This document shows, one piece after another, positions 40,176 through 49,943 of a DNA stretch of 64,000 nucleotides (within the stretch, counting starts at the first letter, position 1; every line of letters begins with the position of its first letter). The translations under genes were made by a program, and so were the position numbers. The notes under the pieces were generated by a model. It made no database searches. It worked only from the letters and a program-made list of their open reading frames with translations, and had not been told where the DNA came from. The DNA comes from an uncultured Anaerolineaceae bacterium (lineage in GTDB: Bacteria; Chloroflexota; Anaerolineae; 4572-78): positions 3,649 to 67,648 of the forward strand of contig CAZMXX010000001.1 in the NCBI GenBank assembly GCA_964570315.1, written 5' to 3'.

Positions 40176-41516
40176 ATGGACAAACAAGGCACAAAGGTAG
40201 GGCAACTTATCTTGGCGGCATCGGGGTTTTTGACAAGCTTCATTATGTGGTTTGCCACCGCCGCCTTCTCTGTTGCCATCATGCAAGAATACGGGCTGGA
40301 AAAGGCACAGCTCGCCATTCTGGCTAGCTCCGCGATGTGGTTGCAACCCTTCTTCCGGCAGTATGCGGGGGTGGTTGCGGACAAAATCGGCGCGCCCAAA
40401 GCGGCGGCGATTGCGCTGACTTATACCGGCGTTTTCAGCATTCTTTCGTCGTTTGGACACAACTACACTTGGTTATTCATCACCCGATTGGTGGTAGCAA
40501 CCGCAGGTATCTTCTTCGTGATTGGGATTCAGCATGTTGCCCAATGGTTCAACAAACAGGAAATGGGGCTGGCGCAGGGCATTTACGCCGGCACCGGCAA
40601 CGTCGGCGCGGGGTTGGGGGCGTTGATGCTCCCTCGCATTTACGGGCTGGATTATCGCAGCGCATTTCTGCACCTCGGTATTCTGGCGTTGGTGCTGGCG
40701 GTTGTGTACTATCGCTTCGGCGTGGCGGCAGTAGACCAGAAACGGGCAATTCAAGCGAAGAAAACCGCAACCCTGCGCGATACGTTGTACGTTGTCACCA
40801 GATACGCCTCCATCGCGCTGATGCTGCAATATGCTATGACCTTCGGGTTGGAGATTGGGCTGAATGCCTGGTTGCCGGGCTATTACCGGCTGGCGTTCAA
40901 AGGACAGTTTGAAGCCATCGGGTATACATCACTGGAGGCGTTGGCAATTGCCGCCGGAACGGTGGCGGCGGTGCAGTCTTTCAACGCCTCGCTGTGGCGA
41001 CCGTTCTCCGGCTACGTCTCCGATATTTTCCTACGGAAGCGATGGACACCGTGGCCCTTCCTCACCCAGCACCAACACATTTCGCCGCGCATTCACTGGG
41101 TGTTCACGGCAATGGTCGCGGTATCTGTGATGATGGTTCTGCTGACCTTCGCCGGACTGAGCGGCAATCTCACCCTCTCGGTGACGATATTGGCAATTTT
41201 AGGGTTCACCATCGCCTTTGGCACGGGCAGCAACTTCGGGTTGACACCCGTTTTATTCCACAAAAATCCGGGGGTTGCCACCGGCTTCATCGGCGGTATA
41301 TCCACCATAGGCGGGATTATCTATCCGCTGGTATTCGGACTGGTTCCCAACATTCATATGGGATATGCCACCGTCGCCGTGCTGATGTTCATTCCCTTCA
41401 TGCTCATCTTCATTGTTGCCTTCAAACGGGGTCAGCAAATTGACGTTGATGCCGGGTTGGGCACTTGGGAAAAATACGGCGTAGCAGGTCCATTGGAAGA
41501 CGCAAAACTCCAGTAA
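40176..41516 (+). CDS. narK: MFS nitrate/nitrite porter (NNP family, NarK-type)
   Basis: 12-TM MFS protein with the NNP signature AGTGNVGAGLG. Sits in the nar operon. Confidence 0.85.
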   Translation: MDKQGTKVGQLILAASGFLTSFIMWFATAAFSVAIMQEYGLEKAQLAILASSAMWLQPFFRQYAGVVADKIGAPKAAAIALTYTGVFSILSSFGHNYTWLFITRLVVATAGIFFVIGIQHVAQWFNKQEMGLAQGIYAGTGNVGAGLGALMLPRIYGLDYRSAFLHLGILALVLAVVYYRFGVAAVDQKRAIQAKKTATLRDTLYVVTRYASIALMLQYAMTFGLEIGLNAWLPGYYRLAFKGQFEAIGYTSLEALAIAAGTVAAVQSFNASLWRPFSGYVSDIFLRKRWTPWPFLTQHQHISPRIHWVFTAMVAVSVMMVLLTFAGLSGNLTLSVTILAILGFTIAFGTGSNFGLTPVLFHKNPGVATGFIGGISTIGGIIYPLVFGLVPNIHMGYATVAVLMFIPFMLIFIVAFKRGQQIDVDAGLGTWEKYGVAGPLEDAKLQ

Positions 41517-41548
41517 ATTCACACACACAGAGTATTGTGGAGGAACAC

Positions 41549-41692
41549 ATGAATAACGTAGAAAAAGTCGAACACGAAAAACAAGAAGGCTGGTACAAAT
41601 ACGGGATGATGTTCATCTTTTTTGAGGCACTGATTGCGGTGGCACAAACCATCTTCGCGCTGTTTTCCACCCTTTCAGGCTCGGCAGGGTAA
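41549..41692 (+). CDS. Possible small membrane protein (47 aa)
   Basis: GGAGGA RBS 7 nt upstream of the ATG, one hydrophobic helix (MMFIFFEALIAVAQTIFALF). No homology evidence. Confidence 0.3.
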   Translation: MNNVEKVEHEKQEGWYKYGMMFIFFEALIAVAQTIFALFSTLSGSAG

Positions 41693-41700
41693 TAACGATT

Positions 41701-41979
41701 ATGTCACAGAAAAGAAAATCATCGAAAACAAAAAACAACACCCGGAAACCGAAAGAAGAAACCGCTCAAAAACCGCGACTCATCGATGCGGTGTCCACAG
41801 CTGTTCCCAGTGCGCTTCTGTTTATTGGGCTGATTATGCTTTCCGTCGCCAACCCTTACGGAGAATACCTCATTGGCGCAGGCGTTGTGTTGCAATTGGC
41901 GTTTCTGATATTCCGAGTCCCAAAACTTTTTAACCAAACCACACCTTCTCAGCCTCAATCCAACACAAAAGATTTGTAA
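41701..41979 (+). CDS. Possible small two-TM membrane protein with a Lys-rich N-terminus (92 aa)
   Basis: ORF between the two narK genes. Two hydrophobic helices. Weak RBS. Confidence 0.4.
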   Translation: MSQKRKSSKTKNNTRKPKEETAQKPRLIDAVSTAVPSALLFIGLIMLSVANPYGEYLIGAGVVLQLAFLIFRVPKLFNQTTPSQPQSNTKDL

Positions 41980-41989
41980 AGGAGCTGTC

Positions 41990-43540
41990 ATGTCAACCTA
42001 TATTGAAAAATGGGACGTTGAAGACGAAGAATTTTGGGAGAGTACCGGGAAGAAGATTGCCTACCGCAACCTATGGATTTCCATTCCCAGTTTGTTGTGC
42101 GCCTTTGCCGTCTGGCTGTACTGGAGCATCATCACCGTACAAATGAAGAACCTCGGTTTCCCGTTTGATACGGCACAACTGTTCACCCTGTCTGCCATTG
42201 CCGGGCTGGTGGGGGCAACCTTGCGCATCCCGAACGCCTTCCTCATCTCTATTGCCGGTGGGAGAAACGTCATCGCCCTGACGACGGGACTGCTCATCAT
42301 TCCCGCGCTGGGCGTGGGCATCGCGCTGCAAAACCCTTCCACCCCGTACATCACCTTTGCCATTTTGGCGGCGCTGTCCGGTTTGGGCGGCGGAAACTTC
42401 TCGTCCTCGATGTCCAATATCAGTTTCTTTTTCCCCAAACGGATGCAAGGAACATCACTGGGGTTGAATGCCGGATTGGGGAACATCGGGGTGAGTGTGA
42501 TGCAGGTGTTGCTACCCTTTGTGATGACCTTCGCGCTGTTTGGCGCGTTGGGCGGCGACCCGCGTCCCCTGCCGACCGATGTGGGCGATAAAGTTGCGGG
42601 CACGCTGGTTTACATTCAAAACAGCGGGTTGGTCTGGGTTCCGATTCTATTCATTTTAGCCATCGCGGCATGGTTTGGCATGAATAACCTGTCAACCGCT
42701 TCCCCCAATTTAGGGTCAACCGCATCGGCACTGATGAAAATACTGGGACTGCTCCTGATTGGTTTCATCAGCGCCGCTGCGGGACTGTACCTGCTGCTGG
42801 GCTTAAAAGTCAGTATGTGGATTGTATTGCCCATCACCATTGTCCTCACGGTATATTTGATGAAGGCTGTACCGGGGGACATCAAAACCAACCTGAAAAA
42901 ACAGTTTGCCATCTTCAACAACAAGCACAACTGGATTATGACCTATCTGTACACCATGACTTTCGGGTCGTTCATCGGTTATTCGGCGGCGTTCCCGCTG
43001 CTCATCCGAGTGGTATTCGGCGAGTTGCCGAACGGCAGCATCAATCCCAACGCGCCCAACCCATTCGCGTACGCATGGTTGGGTCCGCTCGTCGGTTCCG
43101 TCGCCCGTCCCATCGGCGGGTGGGTATCCGATAAAATCGGCGGGGCGAAAGTCACCCAATGGGATACGGTCATCATGATTCTGTCGGCGTTGGGGGTGGC
43201 GTATTTTGTCAAACAAGCCGGCGCCTCGCCACAACCGGAACAATATTTCACGCCGTTCCTGATTCTGTTCCTGATTTTGTTCATCACCACCGGCGTGGGG
43301 AACGGCTCCACCTACCGCATGGTTCCCATCATCTTTGAACCGGCGCAAGCCGGACCGGTCTTGGGGTGGATTGCCGCCGTCGCCGCCTATGGCGCGTTCA
43401 TCATCCCCCGCGTCTTTGGACAACAAGTGAAAGCCGGTACGCCCGAATACGCGCTGTACGGGTTCGCAATTTATTACTTCACGTGTCTGGCGCTCAACTG
43501 GTATTATTACGCCCGCAAAAACGCCGAAATTGAGTGCTGA
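41990..43540 (+). CDS. narK: MFS nitrate/nitrite antiporter (NNP family, NarK2/NarT-type)
   Basis: 516 aa, 12+ TM, NNP signatures GLGGGNFSSSM and AGLGNIGVSVMQ. AAGGAG RBS. Confidence 0.9.
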   Translation: MSTYIEKWDVEDEEFWESTGKKIAYRNLWISIPSLLCAFAVWLYWSIITVQMKNLGFPFDTAQLFTLSAIAGLVGATLRIPNAFLISIAGGRNVIALTTGLLIIPALGVGIALQNPSTPYITFAILAALSGLGGGNFSSSMSNISFFFPKRMQGTSLGLNAGLGNIGVSVMQVLLPFVMTFALFGALGGDPRPLPTDVGDKVAGTLVYIQNSGLVWVPILFILAIAAWFGMNNLSTASPNLGSTASALMKILGLLLIGFISAAAGLYLLLGLKVSMWIVLPITIVLTVYLMKAVPGDIKTNLKKQFAIFNNKHNWIMTYLYTMTFGSFIGYSAAFPLLIRVVFGELPNGSINPNAPNPFAYAWLGPLVGSVARPIGGWVSDKIGGAKVTQWDTVIMILSALGVAYFVKQAGASPQPEQYFTPFLILFLILFITTGVGNGSTYRMVPIIFEPAQAGPVLGWIAAVAAYGAFIIPRVFGQQVKAGTPEYALYGFAIYYFTCLALNWYYYARKNAEIEC

Positions 43541-43562
43541 CCAATCATCCGTCTAATCAAAG

Positions 43563-43590
43563 AACCGGCAACATTGTTTGCCGGTTTTTT
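43563..43590 (+). terminator. Rho-independent terminator ending the nar locus
   Basis: aaccggcaa-cattgt-ttgccggtt (9-bp stem) followed by a T-run. Confidence 0.82.
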
Positions 43591-43686
43591 GGTACAAGAC
43601 AAAAGAGAATACCGATTAAGATTTTGTATCTGTGCCTATCCGTATTATAGTTGCTATTAATCTGCTATAATATTCCTGAGGATAGC

Positions 43687-45813
43687 ATGGCATACATAAC
43701 CGCGTTTTTTGAACAGAAACAGAATATCATCATCGTATTCTTTCTGTACGGGCTGGCATTTTATTCGATGGGGCTAGCGCTGATGCTCGCCAGCCGCCGT
43801 GCTTCAAAATTCCGCCTCGCCGATGCCATTCAGCCGCTGGCAGGTTTCGCCCTGCTGCACAGCGCCAACGAGTGGCTGCAAATGCTGGAAAAAATTCTCC
43901 AGCTAGCCGGTTCCACCCCGATGCCCCTCGTGTTCCACATCTTGCGAGTATCGCTGTTGGTCGCATCATTTGTGATGCTGGTGATTTTCGGGGTGATGCT
44001 CTCCACGCCCGCCGATGTCACCCTGCGGCAGGTGTGGGGCTCCATCTCGGTGCTGTTTGGTTTCTGGGTGCTGAACGTGTTGATTGTCACCGTCGTTTAT
44101 CAATTGAGCCTGTCGGACGTGCTCGTTGTGAGCGACATTTTAGCCCGTTACATTCTGGCTATTCCCGGTTCGCTGTTCAGCGCTTGGGCATTGCTCAAAC
44201 AGCGCAGAACCTTCCGCTTGCATCAACTGCCGCAATTCGGGCGGGATTTGGCAATTTGCGCCTTTGCGCTCATCGGATACGGGGTGGTGGGACAGTTTTT
44301 TGTGGAAAAAACATTCCTGTTCCCGTCAAACGTCATCAACAGCGCCTTGCTCTTCAGTTGGGTGGGCATTCCGGTTCAACTTTTGCGCGGTGGCTTCGTC
44401 ACCATTATTGCGATTTTCATGGTGCGGGCGCTCAACATTTTTGAAATTGAGCAGCAACATAAATTACACGAAGCACAACAGGCGAAAATAGATGCACAGC
44501 GGGCAGCAATCGACAGCGAACGCCGCCGCAACCACGAAAAAGATGCGCTGAATCAAGCCTTGCAGTTGAAAACGCAGGAACTTTCAGTCCTGCTGGAAGT
44601 CTCGACCCTGCTGGCATTGCCGCTTTCCCCGGCAGAAAAGCGCCGGCAGGTCTTGCAAGCCATCATTGATAGTCTCACCTTCCCTGACGCGGGTATGCTG
44701 ATTTTGAGCACAACGCCGCCGTCGGAAATCTCGGTGGATACAACCATCGGCTTTTCGCCCCCCGACACCGGCTCGGCATTGTACGACACCGCCAAAACGC
44801 TCGGCGCGCAGTGCATCGAATCGGGCAAGGTAATATGCCATCATCACAATGAGCGGCAATGGTTGTTCGACCCGCACAACATCGAGAAGCAAAACGCCTG
44901 TCGACAGGCAGCATCGCCGCTGGTGATTCTGGGATTGCCGCTCCGTTCCAAAAAAGGCATCATCGGTAGTTTGGTGCTGGCGCAGATTGAACCGGAACCG
45001 GCTCAAAGCCTACCGGCGGCGGAATTCAATCTGATGCTGAGCATCAGCCAACAACTGGGCATGTCGATTGAAAATGTCCGCTTGCGGCAGGACATTGAGC
45101 AGCATGAAGAAATCTTGAGCGCCCTGCTCGACCGGGTGGTGGAGGCGCAGGAGCATGAGCGCAAGCGCATCGCGCGGGAATTGCATGATGCCACCGGGCA
45201 ATCACTCTCTGCCATTGGGATGGGGTTGCGCGGGGTTGAAGCCATGCTCGAACAAAAACCGGATGTGGCAATGTCACATCTGCAACAACTGAAAAAATAC
45301 AGCGCCGATGCGCTGGGAGAACTGCGGCGTATCATCGCCAACCTGCGCCCATCACAATTGGATGATTTGGGACTGGAACCGACAATTCGCTGGTATGTCC
45401 ACAAATTTGAAGCGCAATACACCCTCCCGGTGCAAATGGAAATTGCCTATACGCCGCAGGCACTATCCGCCGATGAGGAAACCGCGCTCTTCCGCATCAT
45501 GCAAGAGGCGCTCACCAACATCGCCAAGCACGCGCAAGCGCAATCCGTATTCGTCTCACTGCAAGAAGATGACGAAACCATCTCGCTGGTGGTCGCCGAC
45601 GATGGCATCGGCTTCAATACCGATGACATTCTGCACTGCATCGGAGGGGGCAACGGATGGGGGCTGTTGGGCATTCAAGAACGGGTGCAATTGCTGGGCG
45701 GTGACTGCCGAATTATCTCCGCGCCGGAGCGTGGCACACAATTGCACGTGGATATTCCACTGGAAAAGAAGGCACACACATCATATGTCAAACATAAAAT
45801 TATTATTGGTTGA
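43687..45813 (+). CDS. Sensor histidine kinase with a 6-7 TM N-terminal domain, GAF, HisKA_3 and HATPase_c
   Basis: Polytopic N-terminus, coiled-coil, GAF-like region, H-box ARELHDATGQSL, NIAKHA, DDGIGF, GLLGIQERV. Confidence 0.85.
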   Translation: MAYITAFFEQKQNIIIVFFLYGLAFYSMGLALMLASRRASKFRLADAIQPLAGFALLHSANEWLQMLEKILQLAGSTPMPLVFHILRVSLLVASFVMLVIFGVMLSTPADVTLRQVWGSISVLFGFWVLNVLIVTVVYQLSLSDVLVVSDILARYILAIPGSLFSAWALLKQRRTFRLHQLPQFGRDLAICAFALIGYGVVGQFFVEKTFLFPSNVINSALLFSWVGIPVQLLRGGFVTIIAIFMVRALNIFEIEQQHKLHEAQQAKIDAQRAAIDSERRRNHEKDALNQALQLKTQELSVLLEVSTLLALPLSPAEKRRQVLQAIIDSLTFPDAGMLILSTTPPSEISVDTTIGFSPPDTGSALYDTAKTLGAQCIESGKVICHHHNERQWLFDPHNIEKQNACRQAASPLVILGLPLRSKKGIIGSLVLAQIEPEPAQSLPAAEFNLMLSISQQLGMSIENVRLRQDIEQHEEILSALLDRVVEAQEHERKRIARELHDATGQSLSAIGMGLRGVEAMLEQKPDVAMSHLQQLKKYSADALGELRRIIANLRPSQLDDLGLEPTIRWYVHKFEAQYTLPVQMEIAYTPQALSADEETALFRIMQEALTNIAKHAQAQSVFVSLQEDDETISLVVADDGIGFNTDDILHCIGGGNGWGLLGIQERVQLLGGDCRIISAPERGTQLHVDIPLEKKAHTSYVKHKIIIG

Positions 45814-46447
45814 TGATCACGATATTGTCCGCGCCGGACTGCGAATGTTGTTTGAAGCGGAAACTGATATTGAAATTGTGGGGGAAGCGAACAGCGGCAC
45901 GCGCGCGCTGGCGCTTTTGGAACACATCCAACCGGATGTGGTGGTTATGGACGTGGTGATGGACGATATGAACGGAATTGAAGCCACCCGGCGCATCAAA
46001 GCGCTGTATCCGTCCATCGTGGTTTTAGGGTTGACCATGCATGAAGCCCCGCAATATTTGTTTGAAATGCTGCAAGCCGGGGCGTCGGGCTATGTGCCCA
46101 AACGCGCCGCACCCGATGATTTGGTGAATGCCATCCACGTGGTGCATCGCGGAGAAGTCTTTTTGTATCCGCGCATGGCGGAATATTTGGTCAACGATTT
46201 CCTCAACCGCTCAACAACATCGGCGCCGAAACCGGCGAAGCGAAAAATCAACCTAACCCCCAGAGAGCATGAAATTCTGGTGAAAATCGCAGAAGGCAAT
46301 ACCAACCGTGAAATCGCGGAAATGCTGGCTATCAGCGTGAAAACGGTTGACCGTCACCGCGAGAATATCATGCACAAACTTCAAATCCACAGCCGCGTCG
46401 AACTCGTGAAATACGCCATCAGCAAAGGACTCATCTCGGTAGATTAA
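45785..46447 (+). CDS. NarL/FixJ (LuxR)-family response regulator
   Basis: Overlaps the kinase 3' end by 29 nt. REC (LLLVDDHD, VVMDVVMDDMNG, LTMHE) plus LuxR HTH (LTPREHEILVKIAEGNTNREIAEMLAISVKTVDRHRENIMHKL). Confidence 0.9.
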   Translation: MSNIKLLLVDDHDIVRAGLRMLFEAETDIEIVGEANSGTRALALLEHIQPDVVVMDVVMDDMNGIEATRRIKALYPSIVVLGLTMHEAPQYLFEMLQAGASGYVPKRAAPDDLVNAIHVVHRGEVFLYPRMAEYLVNDFLNRSTTSAPKPAKRKINLTPREHEILVKIAEGNTNREIAEMLAISVKTVDRHRENIMHKLQIHSRVELVKYAISKGLISVD

Positions 46448-46616
46448 ACGCCCCCATCCTGATATTTCCCCTTTCTCACCCACACCTTCTATGTGCCTGC
46501 CGCTACTTGCGCGCGCCATATAAACTTCTTCGCCTCTCCAAAACTTGAAACACCATCCATCATATGACATTTATCCTGAAATTGCGCGACAAATGTCACA
46601 AATCCGTATGTGAATA

Positions 46617-46645
46617 TTTACCCAACCGAAGAAATGGGTTATAAT
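46617..46645 (+). promoter_or_regulatory. Sigma-70-like promoter candidate for the multiheme cytochrome genes
   Basis: TTTACC-N17-TATAAT, with the perfect -10 at 46640-46645, about 155 nt upstream of the ATG at 46799. Inverted repeats TGACATTT-N18-AAATGTCA (46565-46598) and TCACA-N8-TGTGA (46596-46613) lie just upstream. Confidence 0.4.
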
Positions 46646-46798
46646 ACCCATATCAGTGGGTAAAAGTGCCCGCGAGATAGTGTCATGTGTATTTCTGATG
46701 GAGGTGTTTATTGAAAAAAACCCGGAAATAACTGTACCATATGTACTCTGCCACGTATTTATGCCACATTTCTCAACATGGAGGTTAGAGGGATAAAA

Positions 46799-48049
46799 AT
46801 GAAAAAAGTGTTAGTGTTAGCGGTAATTTTAGTATTGGCGCTGGTTGCAGCACAATGCGCTGCCGGACCTGCCGGACCACAAGGACCCGAAGGACCACAA
46901 GGACCTCCCGGACCCGCCGGTCCCCAAGGCGATGTAGGACCGCAAGGACCCGAAGGACCACAAGGACCCGCCGGTCCCGCCGGTGAAGATGGCGCGAGCT
47001 TTGAAGCCGCCACATACGTTGGACGAGAGGCGTGTCAAGAATGCCACCAAGACACCTACGACTCCTTCCTGAAAACCGGTCACCCCTACAAGCTGAACAA
47101 AGTTGTGGACGGCAAACCGCCGACATACCCGTTCTCCGAAGTTACCACTCCCCCTGAAGGCTACACCTGGGATGACATCAGCTACGTGATTGGCGGCTAC
47201 GGCTGGAAAGCCCGTTTCATCGACAAAAACGGCTACATCATCACCGGCGATGAAAACGCAAAAACCCAATACAACTTCTACAACGAAGATTTGGATATGG
47301 GTGACAACTGGGTTCCGTACCATGCCGGTGAACAAAAAGCCTACAATTGCGGGACATGCCACACCACCGGCTACAGCCCCGAAGGAAACCAGGATGGTCT
47401 GGAAGGGTTAATCGGCACATGGTCTGAACCGGGCATCAACTGTGAAGAATGCCACGGTCCCGGCAGCAACCACGTGAACGACCCCGTCGGCTTCCCGTTG
47501 AAAGTTGACCGCTCATCCGAAGCTTGCGGCGACTGCCACTACCGCAGCGACAAAACCGAGATTGATGCCAGCAGCGGCTTCATCAAGCATCATGAGCAGT
47601 TTGAAACGATGGCGCAAAGCAAACACAACGCCCTTGAATGCGTTGACTGCCACGACCCGCACAAGCCGGTCAAATACGCCAAAGGGAACGAAGGCACCAA
47701 AGTTCAGTGCGAAAGCTGCCACTTCAAACAGGTGGATTACCAAAAAATCACCGACCGCCAACACGCTGATTGTGTGGAATGCCACATGGCGCGAGCCTCG
47801 AAGAGCGCTCTGGGCGATATAGACCGCTTCACCGGCGACTTGCGGACACACCTGTTCGCCATCAACCCACTGGCAACCGAACAGTTCACTGAAGACGGCA
47901 GTTTCTCAATGCCGTACCTCACGCTGGACTACGCTTGCCGCAGTTGCCACTATGATGGCGGTCCCGCCAGTAACCTCACCGCCGAAGAACTCAAAGACAT
48001 GGCGGTTGGGTATCACGACCGAGACCTTGCCGGTAGTATGAACAAATAA
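46799..48049 (+). CDS. Octaheme c-type cytochrome with an N-terminal collagen-like (Gly-X-Y)14 region
   Basis: Signal peptide [20 protein letters not shown], 14 uninterrupted GXY triplets, then 8 CxxCH motifs (CQECH, CGTCH, CEECH, CGDCH, CVDCH, CESCH, CVECH, CRSCH). Confidence 0.87.
   Translation: MKKVLVLAVILVLALVAAQCAAGPAGPQGPEGPQGPPGPAGPQGDVGPQGPEGPQGPAGPAGEDGASFEAATYVGREACQECHQDTYDSFLKTGHPYKLNKVVDGKPPTYPFSEVTTPPEGYTWDDISYVIGGYGWKARFIDKNGYIITGDENAKTQYNFYNEDLDMGDNWVPYHAGEQKAYNCGTCHTTGYSPEGNQDGLEGLIGTWSEPGINCEECHGPGSNHVNDPVGFPLKVDRSSEACGDCHYRSDKTEIDASSGFIKHHEQFETMAQSKHNALECVDCHDPHKPVKYAKGNEGTKVQCESCHFKQVDYQKITDRQHADCVECHMARASKSALGDIDRFTGDLRTHLFAINPLATEQFTEDGSFSMPYLTLDYACRSCHYDGGPASNLTAEELKDMAVGYHDRDLAGSMNK
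46865..46993 (+). repeat. Collagen-like triplet repeat coding region ([43 protein letters not shown])
   Basis: Read directly. The DNA is a 9/18-bp periodic repeat (ggaccacaaggacccgaa and similar). Confidence 0.9.
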
Positions 48050-48075
48050 TCACCCCATAAATTCAACGCAAGATG

Positions 48076-48103
48076 GGTAAGCCCGGTGCAAATCGGGCTT
48101 GCC
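48076..48103 (+). other. Intercistronic hairpin between cytochrome genes (no T-tract)
   Basis: ggtaagcccg-gtgcaaat-cgggcttgcc, a 10-bp stem with one G-U pair. Confidence 0.4.
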
Positions 48104-48131
48104 CTATCCTATTAGAGGGAGACCCTGACGC

Positions 48132-49943
48132 ATGCATTCAGCAAAATCAATGGCGTTTTTTGCTATCATAGCGTTCATTTTCTTAAACGCATTTAACATT
48201 GTTTATGCCGATAGACCCGTGCTGGATGCCCAGTGCCGACAATGCCACCGCGACAGTCGGCACACACTCACCTTCCCATCCGGCGATGAAGTATCATTGA
48301 AAATATCGTTGGATGCGTATGACCAATCGCCCCACGGTGCAAACGCCGACGCGCCGCTGCGCTGTACCGATTGTCATCGCCCCAGAAGCAATTATTTGTT
48401 CCCCCACGAACCTAATCAAACCCAATCTCTCCGGGAGTTTTCCAACGCGATAGCGCAAAATTGCGAACGGTGTCACTACCCGCACAACCCGTTTCATGCC
48501 ATCGAAACACAACAAAAAGCCGATTTGCCGACCTGCGTTGATTGCCACGGCGACCACAACATCACCCCGGTTGATGAAATTCCGGCGACAATGCCCTCGG
48601 CGTGCGTTGCCTGCCACGCCGACCAAACCGAAGATTGGGCAATTGATTTGATTCCGGCGCGCGAAGGTGTGGGCAATTCACCGGCAGCAGGGTACATCGG
48701 CAGTGACCGCTGCGGCGGATGTCATGAAGACATGTACGCCTCATGGCAAAACACCCTGCACGCAAAAATGATTCAGAACGTGACGAAAAACCCCAAAGTT
48801 GTTGTGGGGAACTTCACTCATGATGACCCTAATTTACCCTTTGGTCTCGATGATGTCCGTTACACCATCGGCAGTAAATGGAAACAACGTTACCTCACCC
48901 AAACCGATACGGGCGAGTTTTACATTTTGCCCGCCCAGTGGAATGTGGAAACGGGCGAATGGGTTCCCTATCATGCCGAAGATTGGCAAACCCGCGAATG
49001 GCGACAAACGTGCGGCTCATGCCATGTGACCGGGCTGAATACCGACACCTGGGATTTTGTGGAATTCGGCATCGGGTGCGAAAGCTGCCACGGTCCCGGC
49101 GCGGAACACGCCGCCGCCCCGAAAAACATTCAACTGTACCAAGAAGTGGACGACCAAGTGTGCGGCGCCTGCCACAGCCGGGGCAAATCGCCCGACGGAT
49201 ACAGCTTCCCCGCCACCTATCGCCCCGGTGACTCCCTCGCCGACCATTTCACCGCCACCACCGCCGACACGGCTGTGTGGGCGGATGGCAGCGCGAAAGA
49301 GCACCATCAGCAATATATGGATTGGCAATTGGGCAGCAAGATGCAGCAATCGGGCAAAGTGAACTGCACCACCTGCCACAGCACTCACGACGACGGACAG
49401 GCGGACGGACAATTGAACGCCCCGCTCAACGATTTGTGCCTGCAATGCCACACCGATAAAACCCGGCTCATCGAACACATCCCCTACCATCAACAAGCCA
49501 GCCAAAAACACACTTTCATCTGCTCGGATTGCCACATGCCCAAAATGGCGAAAAGCGCCGTCGCCTACGACATCCGCAACCACAGTTTCCTGCAACCCAA
49601 CCCGGATGCCTCCGTGGCGCACGGCGGCTTTGAAGCCATGCCGAATGCGTGCAACACCTGCCACACCGCTCCGGCGGAAACCGCGCAATGGGCGGCGGAA
49701 ACCATCGCCTATGCCCAAACGCAGAAACCCGCCTTCGGAACCATCTCGCTGGTGGACGCAGACGTGCCACCCCCACCCACCCCCATCCCCTCGGTGGGGC
49801 AAAAAGCCGATGTGGAATCCTATAAAGTCGAGACCGGACGCTGGATTCGAGTGTCATTTTATGTTGTGGTGATACTGCTTGTATTGTGGGGATTTTATGC
49901 GGCATATCGAACCATCACTTCCCGGAGGTCGCGCAATGCGTAA
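48132..49943 (+). CDS. 13-heme c-type cytochrome with a C-terminal TM anchor
   Basis: Signal peptide, 13 CxxCH motifs, a PPPPTP linker, and C-terminal TM VSFYVVVILLVLWGFYAAY followed by basic residues. Confidence 0.9.
   Translation: MHSAKSMAFFAIIAFIFLNAFNIVYADRPVLDAQCRQCHRDSRHTLTFPSGDEVSLKISLDAYDQSPHGANADAPLRCTDCHRPRSNYLFPHEPNQTQSLREFSNAIAQNCERCHYPHNPFHAIETQQKADLPTCVDCHGDHNITPVDEIPATMPSACVACHADQTEDWAIDLIPAREGVGNSPAAGYIGSDRCGGCHEDMYASWQNTLHAKMIQNVTKNPKVVVGNFTHDDPNLPFGLDDVRYTIGSKWKQRYLTQTDTGEFYILPAQWNVETGEWVPYHAEDWQTREWRQTCGSCHVTGLNTDTWDFVEFGIGCESCHGPGAEHAAAPKNIQLYQEVDDQVCGACHSRGKSPDGYSFPATYRPGDSLADHFTATTADTAVWADGSAKEHHQQYMDWQLGSKMQQSGKVNCTTCHSTHDDGQADGQLNAPLNDLCLQCHTDKTRLIEHIPYHQQASQKHTFICSDCHMPKMAKSAVAYDIRNHSFLQPNPDASVAHGGFEAMPNACNTCHTAPAETAQWAAETIAYAQTQKPAFGTISLVDADVPPPPTPIPSVGQKADVESYKVETGRWIRVSFYVVVILLVLWGFYAAYRTITSRRSRNA

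Noticed and set aside
46865-46993. Short-period DNA repeats that might be taken for a CRISPR array or non-coding VNTR
   Set aside because: The periodicity is 9 bp with no spacer-like unique segments. It is in frame inside a signal-peptide-bearing ORF and encodes Gly-X-Y triplets. No CRISPR-like repeat-spacer structure was seen anywhere in the window.
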